Shown here piece by piece: positions 35,708 through 46,168 of a stretch of DNA of 64,000 nucleotides. Below the pieces are notes generated by a model. That model did no database searches. It was given only the letters and a program-made list of their open reading frames with translations, and had not been told where the DNA came from. Every line of letters starts with the position of its first letter. Position 1 is the stretch's first letter. The DNA comes from Mayamaea pseudoterrestris (taxonomy: Eukaryota). Location of the stretch: contig BROI01000002.1 in the NCBI GenBank assembly GCA_027923505.1, forward strand, positions 2,666,001 to 2,730,000. Direction: 5' to 3'. The position numbers were made by a program, and so were the translations under genes.

Positions 35708-38700
35708 ATGGGAAACTCTCCATCAACAGCCCGCCAGATCATTCCTGTCGAATCTAACGACCAAGCCTTTTGGGATTCGAGTCCAATTCTGCAGCAGTTT
35801 CGCGTGCAGACTCAGTTTGGCTCCGGCAGTGGCCGCATGATGCGAACCGTTTCGCTAAGACACAGTCAGAAACAATCAACTTGTGTTGGAAAACTAATGT
35901 ACATACCAGTCTCCATCGACACGACGCAGCAAGAAGCTGAAATCAAGCGATTGCAGGAATTGAAGAAATCAATGAATCTGCAATCAAACAATGTTGCCGT
36001 TTGGTCCGTCTTGAGTGGCAATTCGTTGCGCATACAAAACCAATGGTACAAGCCAGTCGCTCTACTGCGGCCGTATTTGTATACCACGCTGCGCGATCGA
36101 TTGGCGTCGCGGCCGTTTTTGGATTCCATCGAGCAAGTTTGGATTGCCGCGCAACTTTTGAGTGCACTGGATCATTTGCACCGCAACGCCATTGTGCATG
36201 GGTTTGTCTCCACGTCAAACGTTGGATTGACTAGTAGTGGATGGGTGGTGCTTCTTGATATAAGTAGCGTCTACAAGCCGTTTGTCAGTCTACCGGATGA
36301 TGATCCATCCGACTATCTGCTGGCCTTTCACTCGGAACGATGCTATCTTGCGCCGGAACGGTTTTGCAAGTCGTCCATGGTGCAATCGGCAAATAAGAAT
36401 GTCAGTGTAAACGCAAATAACATGGGCATAGATTCTGTCTCGTCAGAATTGACTCCCGCCATGGATATATTTGCCGCTGGATGCGTTTTAGTCGAACTCT
36501 TTTTGAACGGAGAGCGGTGCATGGACCTTGGAGACTTGATGGAGTATCGGCGAGGCAATTCCTCCTCGGTGCAGCAAACTCTTGCCAAGGTTGAGCACGC
36601 TGCCATTAGGGCCGCTTGTAAACACATGCTTAGTCTCGATCCAAGGGAACGTCTTTCGGCGCGCGAGTATTTAGATCGGCTCGAAGCGCAGGAGGATACC
36701 GTACCGAAAAGTTTGAAGCTCCTGACGGATCTGGTTGGACGCGCGACAAGCGCCTTGATACCGGATGCGAGAATCGCCTTGGCGGCGCAGGAATTTGGTA
36801 GAGTGGTTTTTGAGTGCGTGGGTGTGCATGACGCTGAGGGCACGCAACATTGTAATAGAATGCTGGGGCCGGATATGGTTGGATCGGACGAGAACCAAGA
36901 GCTTTCCGGTTATTCTTCTTCGCCGACTTCTGTCGTGACCATGGAACAATTATTTGCTGAAACAGATGACTTTCTAAAGCAATTGGAAGCTTTTGAACTT
37001 CATGGAGCATTGCCTTCGCCCACACAGGATACAGTTGCAATGCCAAAGATAACGGACGCGATGAATATGGTAGTTGAGCAATCGCTACCGAGTACCAGGT
37101 CACTACTTATATACTTGCAGCTCATTTTGTCAACCATTCGACATGTGCAACGCCCATCGTCTAAACTTGTGGCTTTGCAAATAATACAAAGACTTGCTCG
37201 GTACATACTGGACGAAGTGAGATTGCAACGCATTGTCCCTGTTTTAGTGTCAATGCTTCAAGACCAGGATCATTTGGTGCGAGCATCTGCCATTTTAAAT
37301 CTCACGTCGGTACTTGCTCGTCTGGATAGTTTCTCGCCCTCGGACTCTAAACTGTTTCCCCAGTATATTTTTAAGCGTGTATCACACCTTATCACTGATC
37401 CTTCTGCGATGGTACGCATCGCTTTCGCGAGTAGTATTGGCGCATTGGCCGAATCCGCGCTGCGGTTCCTTGATATCAGCCACGCTGTACGACTATACGA
37501 AGCAGTTGGTAGCGGCACTGGACAAATTACCCCAATCAAAGAAGCTTCTCCGAAAGAAGAGCTGACAATGTTTGCGGACGACGTGGCGAATCTGCTTGAC
37601 AACTCAGACGCCACGCGGCCTAATGACGAGTCTAAATTTGGCAAAGTTGATGGTACATCAGCGGCAGCTGCATCAGTCTTGATCAATAGTAATTACAACG
37701 AGGATTTGTCTAGTCTGCATGAAACAGTCTCACGTTGGGTCGTCCACATTACAACTGACCAAGCCGCGGATGCGACTCCCGTGAAACGTGCACTGCTGAG
37801 TGACATTGACCGTCTCTGCAATTTTTTTGGTTTGGAAGGCGTCATGTCATTTATTCTCCCTCAAATTCTGGCTTTTTTAAATGATCGGATTGATTGGGAG
37901 CTACGATCAACATTGTTCGATGCCCTCCCTTGTGTTTGTCGAGTGATGGGCAGGGCTGCTACGGAAGAATTTGTCATACCGTGTGTGGAGGTTGGTCTGA
38001 TTGACATGGAGGAGCTTGTTGTAGAGCGTTCTCTGGTGTGCCTGTCGCGACTTATTGAGTTGAATCTTCTTTCGCGCGGGATGATAATTGGAAACGGCAA
38101 GAAGTCTAGCTTTGTTGAACGATATGGAGCTCTACTGTTACATCCGTCAACTCGTATTCGAGCAGCAATTATTCAGACCTTGTCAACCGCGATGAAAGCG
38201 CTTGGATTACTGGATTCCGAAATCTTAATACTTCCTGCGCTTAGATCATACTTGCGTTATCGACCTTCCGCCCTCGAGATTGTCGAGTCAAACGGATTAG
38301 AGTCGTGCCTACGCGACCATTGGACGCGGGAATTATACTGGGATGCGCTGCAACGAATAACAGTACACCTCCAGCATGCTATTAGCGCTAAAGATGGAGC
38401 TTGGACGACGATCGATTCTGATTTTAAAAATCATACTGGCACTTTCGACCGCGATTCGTTGTCTAACGTCCAACATGACGTTGGCGAAATGACGAGCTAT
38501 CTCCAGATGCTTGCAAAACACTCACTTTACAGCGGCCAACGTGAAATGAGAGGCTGCCGCACCCTTTCAAGGCTGGAGGCAGGTATAGAAGGATCTTTGA
38601 AACAAGCGCAAATTATCATGTTTCCACGACAAGATGTCAGATCGAAGCTTGACTTTCTGCCGACATGGTATGATGCGCTTCGCGAAGCGTCACTAAATGA

Positions 38701-40405
38701 GCATCTGCAAGTGTCAGAGGCAACCATGATTCGAACTGTATCAATGCTTGGCCATGTATACGGTCTTTCGATCATGGGTCCAGCGACCACTGTTAATATT
38801 GTGGGCGCAGATGACGATGCTCGGTATAAAGATTCGTCCCAGGACCTGAGTGCTCTTCGATCGACATCGTCAAAAAGAGTCGAAGCCTTATTTCGGGGTC
38901 AATGGGGATCGGAAACAACTATCGATCCAGAGCTTTGTGATACAACCCTTTTAATAACGAAGTTAAAAGCCCTGGGTGTTCCGCCACTGCCATATAACCT
39001 GGGCACAGCCATGGAGTCGACATCTCAGCCTAAACGAGGGCCTGGCAAATCAATAGAAGCCAATGATTGGAGGCCAAGAATGAACTCTCTTGTCGCCACA
39101 AGCACTCGAATCCATGGTCACAGTGCGCCAATAATGCGTTTAGCGGTAGCATCTGACAATAGATTTTTTGTATCTGGCAGTCACGATGGAACTTGTCGCG
39201 TTTGGGAAACGGCACAGATTGAAGACTCACTTGGCGTATTAGAAAGTAGCCTTGTCTACTCCAGCCATGCGGTCCTTAAACCGTCGCGCGTCAACGATGT
39301 TGCCATTATTGAAGGTAGCCATTCCGCCGTTTCTTGTGACAGTAATGGAGCAGTTCATGTCTGGCGTGTCGAGCGTGAACTGAAGGGACAAGGTGGTAAA
39401 GACAAAGTAAAGACAACGGGTACCAGCACCGTTCGCACACTTCAAAAAGAGGAAGGCGAAATATTCGCAGTGTCTCATTTTAATACTTTGTCGGAATCTC
39501 TCATTACTTTTGCAACCCACAGTGGTCGCGTGCACTCATGGGACTTGCGCTCTGCTGACGAGCCATTTCTCCTGACGCACAGTGCAGAGCTCGGTCACTT
39601 GACGAGCTTGGTGGTTGGCAGTGATCGGAACTGGATAATATCGGGTACTAGTCGAGGTTATGTGGCGCTTTGGGATGTTCGCTTTCAAAAGGCAGTGAAG
39701 CTTTGGCGTCACAGTCGCCGTGCGCCCATTAGCCGCCTTGGCACATCGATGTCTACGCCACCGCAGAGTTGGGGGTCCTTGTCAAAACCGTTACGTGAAC
39801 CCAGACCTTCAATATTTATCGCCTCGGGCGAGAATGAGTGCTCAATGTTTGACGCCATCTCCGGATCGTGCAATGAATGTTTTAGAGTCGTCGCAAGCGG
39901 CTCTGGAGAGTCGGTATTGCACAGGGAGCCGCTACCAGTGTTGATAGACGTCAGCATTGCGCCTCTTCGGTATGGATGTCTCAGTCCCCGTAAGTTAGAT
40001 TTCCCTAGTGTTCATCCTGGATATTTCTCTTCGCTGGATTCAATCAAGGCGCTGGTTGGAAGTATAGGCGGCTCTGGCCGCCACAGCTATCTCGTGACAG
40101 GTGGAAGTGACAGCATCATCCGATGTTGGGACTTTGCAGTACCATCAAAATGTTATGAGATCAGCGGGCAAGGTCGCACTCGGTTGCCACCATCGTTCGA
40201 GCGTATCGACTTCGATAACGAGCATAGACTGATGCTCTGTTGTCAGCCCCAGTCAACGAGGGAGACGAGCAGCGGTTCTCAAGGGCTTCGACTGCCTGAA
40301 AGCGTTTATACAGATTCGGTCGAGGATCTGAAAATATTCGAGCATCGCGCAGACAGCTTTCTCGTTAGCAGCGGACGAGACGCTTTGATCAAAATCTACC
40401 ACTAG
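35708..40405 (+). CDS. VPS15: Phosphoinositide 3-kinase regulatory subunit 4 (VPS15)
   Basis: 1565-aa ORF. MGN myristoylation start, kinase domain (LRDRLASRPFL, YKPFVSLPDDDPSD, CYLAPERF), HEAT repeats (VRLQRIVP, FLNDRIDWELR) and C-terminal WD40 repeats. Confidence 0.95.
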   Translation: MGNSPSTARQIIPVESNDQAFWDSSPILQQFRVQTQFGSGSGRMMRTVSLRHSQKQSTCVGKLMYIPVSIDTTQQEAEIKRLQELKKSMNLQSNNVAVWSVLSGNSLRIQNQWYKPVALLRPYLYTTLRDRLASRPFLDSIEQVWIAAQLLSALDHLHRNAIVHGFVSTSNVGLTSSGWVVLLDISSVYKPFVSLPDDDPSDYLLAFHSERCYLAPERFCKSSMVQSANKNVSVNANNMGIDSVSSELTPAMDIFAAGCVLVELFLNGERCMDLGDLMEYRRGNSSSVQQTLAKVEHAAIRAACKHMLSLDPRERLSAREYLDRLEAQEDTVPKSLKLLTDLVGRATSALIPDARIALAAQEFGRVVFECVGVHDAEGTQHCNRMLGPDMVGSDENQELSGYSSSPTSVVTMEQLFAETDDFLKQLEAFELHGALPSPTQDTVAMPKITDAMNMVVEQSLPSTRSLLIYLQLILSTIRHVQRPSSKLVALQIIQRLARYILDEVRLQRIVPVLVSMLQDQDHLVRASAILNLTSVLARLDSFSPSDSKLFPQYIFKRVSHLITDPSAMVRIAFASSIGALAESALRFLDISHAVRLYEAVGSGTGQITPIKEASPKEELTMFADDVANLLDNSDATRPNDESKFGKVDGTSAAAASVLINSNYNEDLSSLHETVSRWVVHITTDQAADATPVKRALLSDIDRLCNFFGLEGVMSFILPQILAFLNDRIDWELRSTLFDALPCVCRVMGRAATEEFVIPCVEVGLIDMEELVVERSLVCLSRLIELNLLSRGMIIGNGKKSSFVERYGALLLHPSTRIRAAIIQTLSTAMKALGLLDSEILILPALRSYLRYRPSALEIVESNGLESCLRDHWTRELYWDALQRITVHLQHAISAKDGAWTTIDSDFKNHTGTFDRDSLSNVQHDVGEMTSYLQMLAKHSLYSGQREMRGCRTLSRLEAGIEGSLKQAQIIMFPRQDVRSKLDFLPTWYDALREASLNEHLQVSEATMIRTVSMLGHVYGLSIMGPATTVNIVGADDDARYKDSSQDLSALRSTSSKRVEALFRGQWGSETTIDPELCDTTLLITKLKALGVPPLPYNLGTAMESTSQPKRGPGKSIEANDWRPRMNSLVATSTRIHGHSAPIMRLAVASDNRFFVSGSHDGTCRVWETAQIEDSLGVLESSLVYSSHAVLKPSRVNDVAIIEGSHSAVSCDSNGAVHVWRVERELKGQGGKDKVKTTGTSTVRTLQKEEGEIFAVSHFNTLSESLITFATHSGRVHSWDLRSADEPFLLTHSAELGHLTSLVVGSDRNWIISGTSRGYVALWDVRFQKAVKLWRHSRRAPISRLGTSMSTPPQSWGSLSKPLREPRPSIFIASGENECSMFDAISGSCNECFRVVASGSGESVLHREPLPVLIDVSIAPLRYGCLSPRKLDFPSVHPGYFSSLDSIKALVGSIGGSGRHSYLVTGGSDSIIRCWDFAVPSKCYEISGQGRTRLPPSFERIDFDNEHRLMLCCQPQSTRETSSGSQGLRLPESVYTDSVEDLKIFEHRADSFLVSSGRDALIKIYH

Positions 40406-40468
40406 CGAAGGAAAAGGACGATTATTTATTTACCAATCTGAAAGTGTACAGAGTTATATACTATGCGT

Positions 40469-43400
40469 CTAATTCCAAAAGGCTGCCACTTCCTCTCCTC
40501 GAAATGTGTCTATGGATTGGCTATCAGTGGCTTCTAAATTATTCATCAGCCCATTGCTTTTGGGGTATGCTCTGTGAGAATCGCGTGTCCACAAGTTCCT
40601 CGACTCAGTTGGGCCAGTTAAACGTGGCGAAGGAATCCACGATGAACCAACACCGTCTTTCGGTGCGACGAATACATGATTTTCAGTTGTCTCGCACCAA
40701 GAAGGCCCACCATGCCTGGCATATTCGGCTGCATTGACGCCATAAGCATAAGGTTGATTATACGCAATAGTTGCGTAAACGTGAGCATCTTTACCATCAG
40801 TCGTGGGCTGGAGCGTTGGCAAATCATGTCTCGCCCAAGACGTATTATCTGGCTGATTTGAGTGGTGTTGTTTACCCCAATTCGACGCTTTGGTTGTGAC
40901 TGACTGTAACTCCAGAGATTTCTGGGCGAGCAGGTCTCGTTCAGAAATGCTGTTGCCGCCACGTTTCCGTGCTGCTCTCCGAGGACCTGTTGCTCGGTTA
41001 AAAACTGACGGAGTTGTACCAGCGCTTGCATGGGTTTTGTACAAATGATCGAGGGCTAACCTCTCCTTCGCCGGAATCACGTCTTCACTTCCTGCTATTA
41101 GCTGGTCGAAGTTTGTCTCTATATTGTTGGGATCATGCATATAAGTTGTAAAGGGATTGTCACATTTTCGTGTGAATACTCGACGCTGAGAATTCTCCTT
41201 CTCCTTTCGTTCCTTTACCCAGCCTTTCGAGTAGGGGCTTTGGTGTCGCGCAACAGTATGATAATTGACAACGTCGTGACGCCAGCTGTGCGGCTCATCA
41301 TTTTGCCCATGTACTAAATGGTGCTGGTGGATGTTAGGTGCTTCTCGAGAAGTTAATGTCACGAGGTTGAGCTCGGAAGGCGCGAATGCGCGATTTTGAG
41401 GACAAATTGACATAGGTGTCGATTCTGGGGTCAGGGAATTGTCCAGCTTTTGCGGAAATCTCTCGTGTGAGCGTGCTGGATCACCGCTTTCAGACACATC
41501 GAGTTGGTTGTTCCCGTACTTATCTTCGAAGCGCGTTGGATCACCGCTATCATACTCATCGAAATGGTTGTCCGCATGGCAAACTTGCGCCGCTGGCTCT
41601 GCTACTGACTTATTTGTTCCTTGAGCGATCGTCTCGCACGCTGAAGGGCCGGCGATGTTGGATGACATATGTTTGGGTGAAGGAGTGATCCATTTACTTG
41701 TAGAGTTCATGTTGGCTGGAAGCGTTGACTGCTTGAGGCGCTGCTCAGCTGCTTTAGAATATTCGACTACAACTTCCTGTTGGCTTGGTTTGCCTGTATT
41801 GCCACGCTTGTTCTGCTTCGATGGCCTTGACATGTTCGATTCAATAACTGATTGCCGTGTCGGACTTGAAACATCGTTTCCCCGAAGTTCCATCTTCTCT
41901 ATACATTTGAAAGCGGCGAACGATGAATTAACGTGGCGACGAGGCAGATGTAGCATGCAAAGGCTCATAGCTCACAAGGAACGTACCGTCTAATCCAACA
42001 ATTGTAGCTATTAAACAGACGGAGAGTTTTTTAAACAATGGCGGCGTTGAGATTTTGATTATTTCCGTGCCCGCAATTTCTCGTCGGTGAAGCAAACACC
42101 CTCCAGCACGATCGGTGAAGGCGAGCAATGTGTAATGTACGGGTGTCCCCGCCACAGAAACAGTCGCTTGGCTGGCCTCCTTCCGTTCGATGCGACAAAC
42201 GAGATTACTGGGCGATCGAGTACCGACCACATACTCAAGCGAGGCGGAAAGCTTGAAGGCCCCACTGAGGATTGTGGTGACGGCGGTACGTAGAGTTTTT
42301 GCAAAGGGAGGTGCTCGTTGTGCGGCCCTTTCGATCTGCTTATCTGAGGACGTGAGTACATCCTTGAACGACGAGATACCGTGAAAATTTAAACACGCTG
42401 CGGTCTTCTGCCCAACATTGATAATTTGGTTGAGGACTCCGTCATGTTGAGTCCATAAGCTTGTCGCCAAGCTTCGTCGCAGCAGCAGGCTATGCATCGC
42501 CACTTGGCCGTTGCGACTACCTCTGACGCTATATTCTTCAAGCGCGGATAGCATTCGAGATGCATATTCCACCATAGCATTCATTTCCTGCCGTAGGCTA
42601 TAATCATCAATCGGAATTTGCCCGATGGACGCTTGGAGGAGGACGAACGACTTCTGCCACGGCTCTTGTATGCGGATTTTGCTTTGCGGTCCATCAAGCT
42701 TATGTTTAATGCGTCCACTGCGAGAAAGCAAATAAGGAAGGGGTGAGAGCTGTCGTTAAAGTCAGACACAACAGGTCACCTACGTACTGCGTTTGATTTA
42801 AGAACTTCTTCTCGTTTCGTTTCACTGGACGGTGAAGCCCCGCTATATGGGCAATCGCTTTTAATACGTCGCATTGGTTGGCATCATGAGGAATTTGCGT
42901 CATAATTCTCAAGGCTTCAAAGTCTACGAGCGATTGGCTCATGATGAAGCCTGCTGCGGCGGGCTTGACCATGTCACCTTCCCCTTGCTCAATTGCGCCA
43001 ACTTTCACCAAGTTAGAGAAAATTTCGTGACAAATATGCAATATATGGGCATCGGGCGAAGACTGAGGAGCGCCATTTTTGATAAGCTGCACAAAATAGA
43101 GTGTTTGCTTCAGCCAGTTTGTGGCATCCGCAGCCGAAGATATCTCCCCTTGCGAAATGGCTGTGTTGACGATCTCTTCTTTTTTCATTAAAAAATTACT
43201 CTTGGCGACGCTCAGGCCATCCAATGCCGCCCTTTGATACTTATCTTTAGATTTGTTGTCTGTCATGATCACTGCAGTTCCAGTTGTATCGAAGCCAGGA
43301 CGTCCAGCTCGACCGATCATCTGTAACTGAAAATAGGGAAGAGCGTCAGTGAGTTTGATGATGCCACACCTGACTTATAAATGCAAAGCCCTTACCAAAG

Positions 43401-45903
43401 ACGCCTGGTCAAGATCTTGGTACCCTTGTTCACCGCCACGCCATGCTTTCGTTCCTTTTACTACGACTAGATGCGCCGGCGTGTTAACGCCCATTGCAAG
43501 CGTTGAAGTGGCGCACAGAACTCGTATTTTTCCTCCTGTAAATGCCTTTTGAATGAGTGCTCTATCGTCAAGTTCCAAACCTGCGTGGTGGTACGCGATG
43601 CCAGCATACAAAACTCTTTGGAGTTTTGTTATCCTGGTCTGGGAGGCGATATCTTGGTTGTCGCTGCCTCTGATGGCAATACCGGATACTGTTGCAAGCA
43701 GGTCCGCCAGGTTCTCAGCGTCAGCTTTGCTATGACAGAAAACGATAGCTGGGCGATTTTCAGAATATTTGAAGATAATTTCCGGAACATTTTTGTTGAG
43801 GCTGCTCCAAAATCGATATTGGCTTGCACTATCGACTCCGACAAATCCTTGTCCAATGACATGAAGTGTCAGAGGAACAGGCCTGTACGACTCATCAAAC
43901 ATATCTGAAGACAAGGAAGAGTATCCGGTCAAAGAGTATCTGCAACAAGACGATGCTTTGGTTGGGAATGCAACGTACACGCTTCGCTAGCATTGAGAAA
44001 CTCGGCAATTTCGTCTATATTTGGAAGTGTAGCGGAGACGGCGACGCATCTCATGACTGAGTTGATGGCTTCGGGGGAGGTTTGCTGATAACTTCAAAAT
44101 GGTAACGAAGTGAGAAATGCGTAACGGAAAAAGGCACCATTCACAGCCATGCCATACCTTGACGACGCCACAAACATATCATCAAGATGGCTCTTCGCTG
44201 CCGCTCGTTGGATTGTTTTCATTCTGCAAAGAATTGATTCAAGAGTCCAACCACGACTTTCGTCGGCAAGTAAATGGACCTCGTCGACCAAGATAAGCTT
44301 GAATGAGGAAAAAAGTACAAAGTTCTCAGTCCAGCGGCGCGTCAAGCTATCCCACTTCTCAGGGGTGGTGAGAACAACATGCGCTGAAACGAGATCTCGA
44401 AATGCGTCACTCGGATCACCATCTCCAGTAACAAGCGCGACAGAGATTCCAAGGTTCATGGCTAAAAGTCGAGTGGACCAGTCGTTCAAACGCTCCTCAC
44501 AGATGGCTTTGGTTGGAGAGATATACACAATCTTGCGTTGGTTCGAGATCTGCTGCTGGATGATGGGTTGGTGCGGCTGCCTATTGACTTGAAGGTCCAC
44601 CGCAAAGAACCGTGCCATGGCCATTTCGAAAATCGCAGTTTTGCCCGCCCCAGTTGGCGCTGACAGAACGATGTTATCGTCACTGCGGAATGTTTAAAGT
44701 ATAAGTTTGTGAGTGTCAAGGATAGCGAATCCGATTCTTCTTTGCTTGAAACGGTATAACCTACCTAAATGCCAGCACATTGGCCATTTCGGACTGAAGA
44801 TTGTTAAAATTAGCGAACTTGCCTTGCCAAAGAGTATTGACAGGATGCGCAAACACCGTGGATACTGGCGTTCGCTTGCGTTGTGCCATGGGCCGATTCT
44901 CTTTTGTGTAACGATGGACAAATGAAGGTGGAGGCAACTCGTAATTATCTGGCGCGTAAAGTGATGGATCTACTTCGCATGGACGGCAGTCGGCTTCGAG
45001 TCCCGTCGGTTCTGGTCCTCCAAGACCGAAGGGAGGATTTTGCTCACTTGGTAGGCTGTCTTGAGCCGCCTCGAAACCAAATGCGCGAGCCATGTCATCG
45101 TCGGTGAAATCGGCATCTGCTGCCGCTGCATAGCCAGCCTCGTCCAGAGTGGGATGGGCGCCTGCTGGCCATAACTGATACATTTCATCGGCCATATTGA
45201 GATTACCGGGATTTGCGAAAGCAACCCTGCTTGCATCGTCACCTGCTTGTTTCACTTGCTCATCTAGTCCAGCATTTACGGACGAGCCAGATGGCGCCGC
45301 CACTCGTTCCGACTGCAAGCTGGACGCCTCGGGAGGCGCAAATATGTCAAGTTCCAAGCCCAAAAGCTCCTCATCAGTTAGCGAGCAGCCGTCGTTATAG
45401 TCGCCTCGCTGCGCATCTTGCTCCGTCGGACATTGCGCACTGGTCATCATGTTGTGGTGGTGGGAGACATTGGAGTCAGTTTTAGTCGATTGACCAGTTG
45501 TCACTGAAGATCGTGGGACTGCGTCGTCGGTCAATCTTGGCCGTTTCATGGCGTCCATGGTGTCTTGTAACACTTGCAGCAGGAGCTTGTCGCCATTAAT
45601 CGCTACTGCATTTCGGGTGCGTAACGATGAGGAAGGGCGAGCGCCATTGTGATTATTCATACAAATTATTGGTGAATTTGGCTTCGAATCGGACGAAACA
45701 CTCATTGGCTGCGACTGGATATGCTGCTGGTATTCATTGACTTCGTTAGATGAAAGGGAGCTCTCATCGCTGCTGCGTAGAGACGCGTCGTCATTGGCGT
45801 CCAAGTCAGATGCGACTCGTTTTCTGGTCAGCTTTGCGTGAATGCGTGCAAGCTCCTCCGACTCGTCGTCGGACGACGGAAGGGTGGCGTAGGTGTTTGG
45901 CAT
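40469..45903 (-). CDS. MER3: Meiotic DExH-box helicase MER3/HFM1, multi-exon
   Basis: APTGAGKTAIFEMAM, TTPEKWDSLTRRW, DEVHLL, YHHAGL, ATSTLAMGVNTPAHLVVVKGT, MIGRAGRPGFD and a Sec63-like region. A GT-AG intron near 41910-41987 joins ORF 40469-41968 as the C-terminal tail. Confidence 0.9.
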
Positions 45904-46168
45904 GAAACGATCGGAGCGACTGTGGGTACTAATAGTATAGACTCTTTACGTCGCTAATAATGTATGTACCGTAGCGATCTTGGCAAAAACGAAACCGTGG
46001 ACAATCACCATGGTCATAGCGATGTGCTGAAAACGCGCTAGTGACATGCGGAACCGGGACCAGGAAATTAGTCCCGCTACGACTCCAACGAGAGCTGCAG
46101 AGCGACGACCATGGACAACATGATGGATCTGCATGCCAGCAGCATCATCCTCTAACCAACCATAGACA

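Noticed and set aside
40469..41968. Separate 499-aa gene
   Set aside because: A GT-AG intron joins it in frame to MER3.
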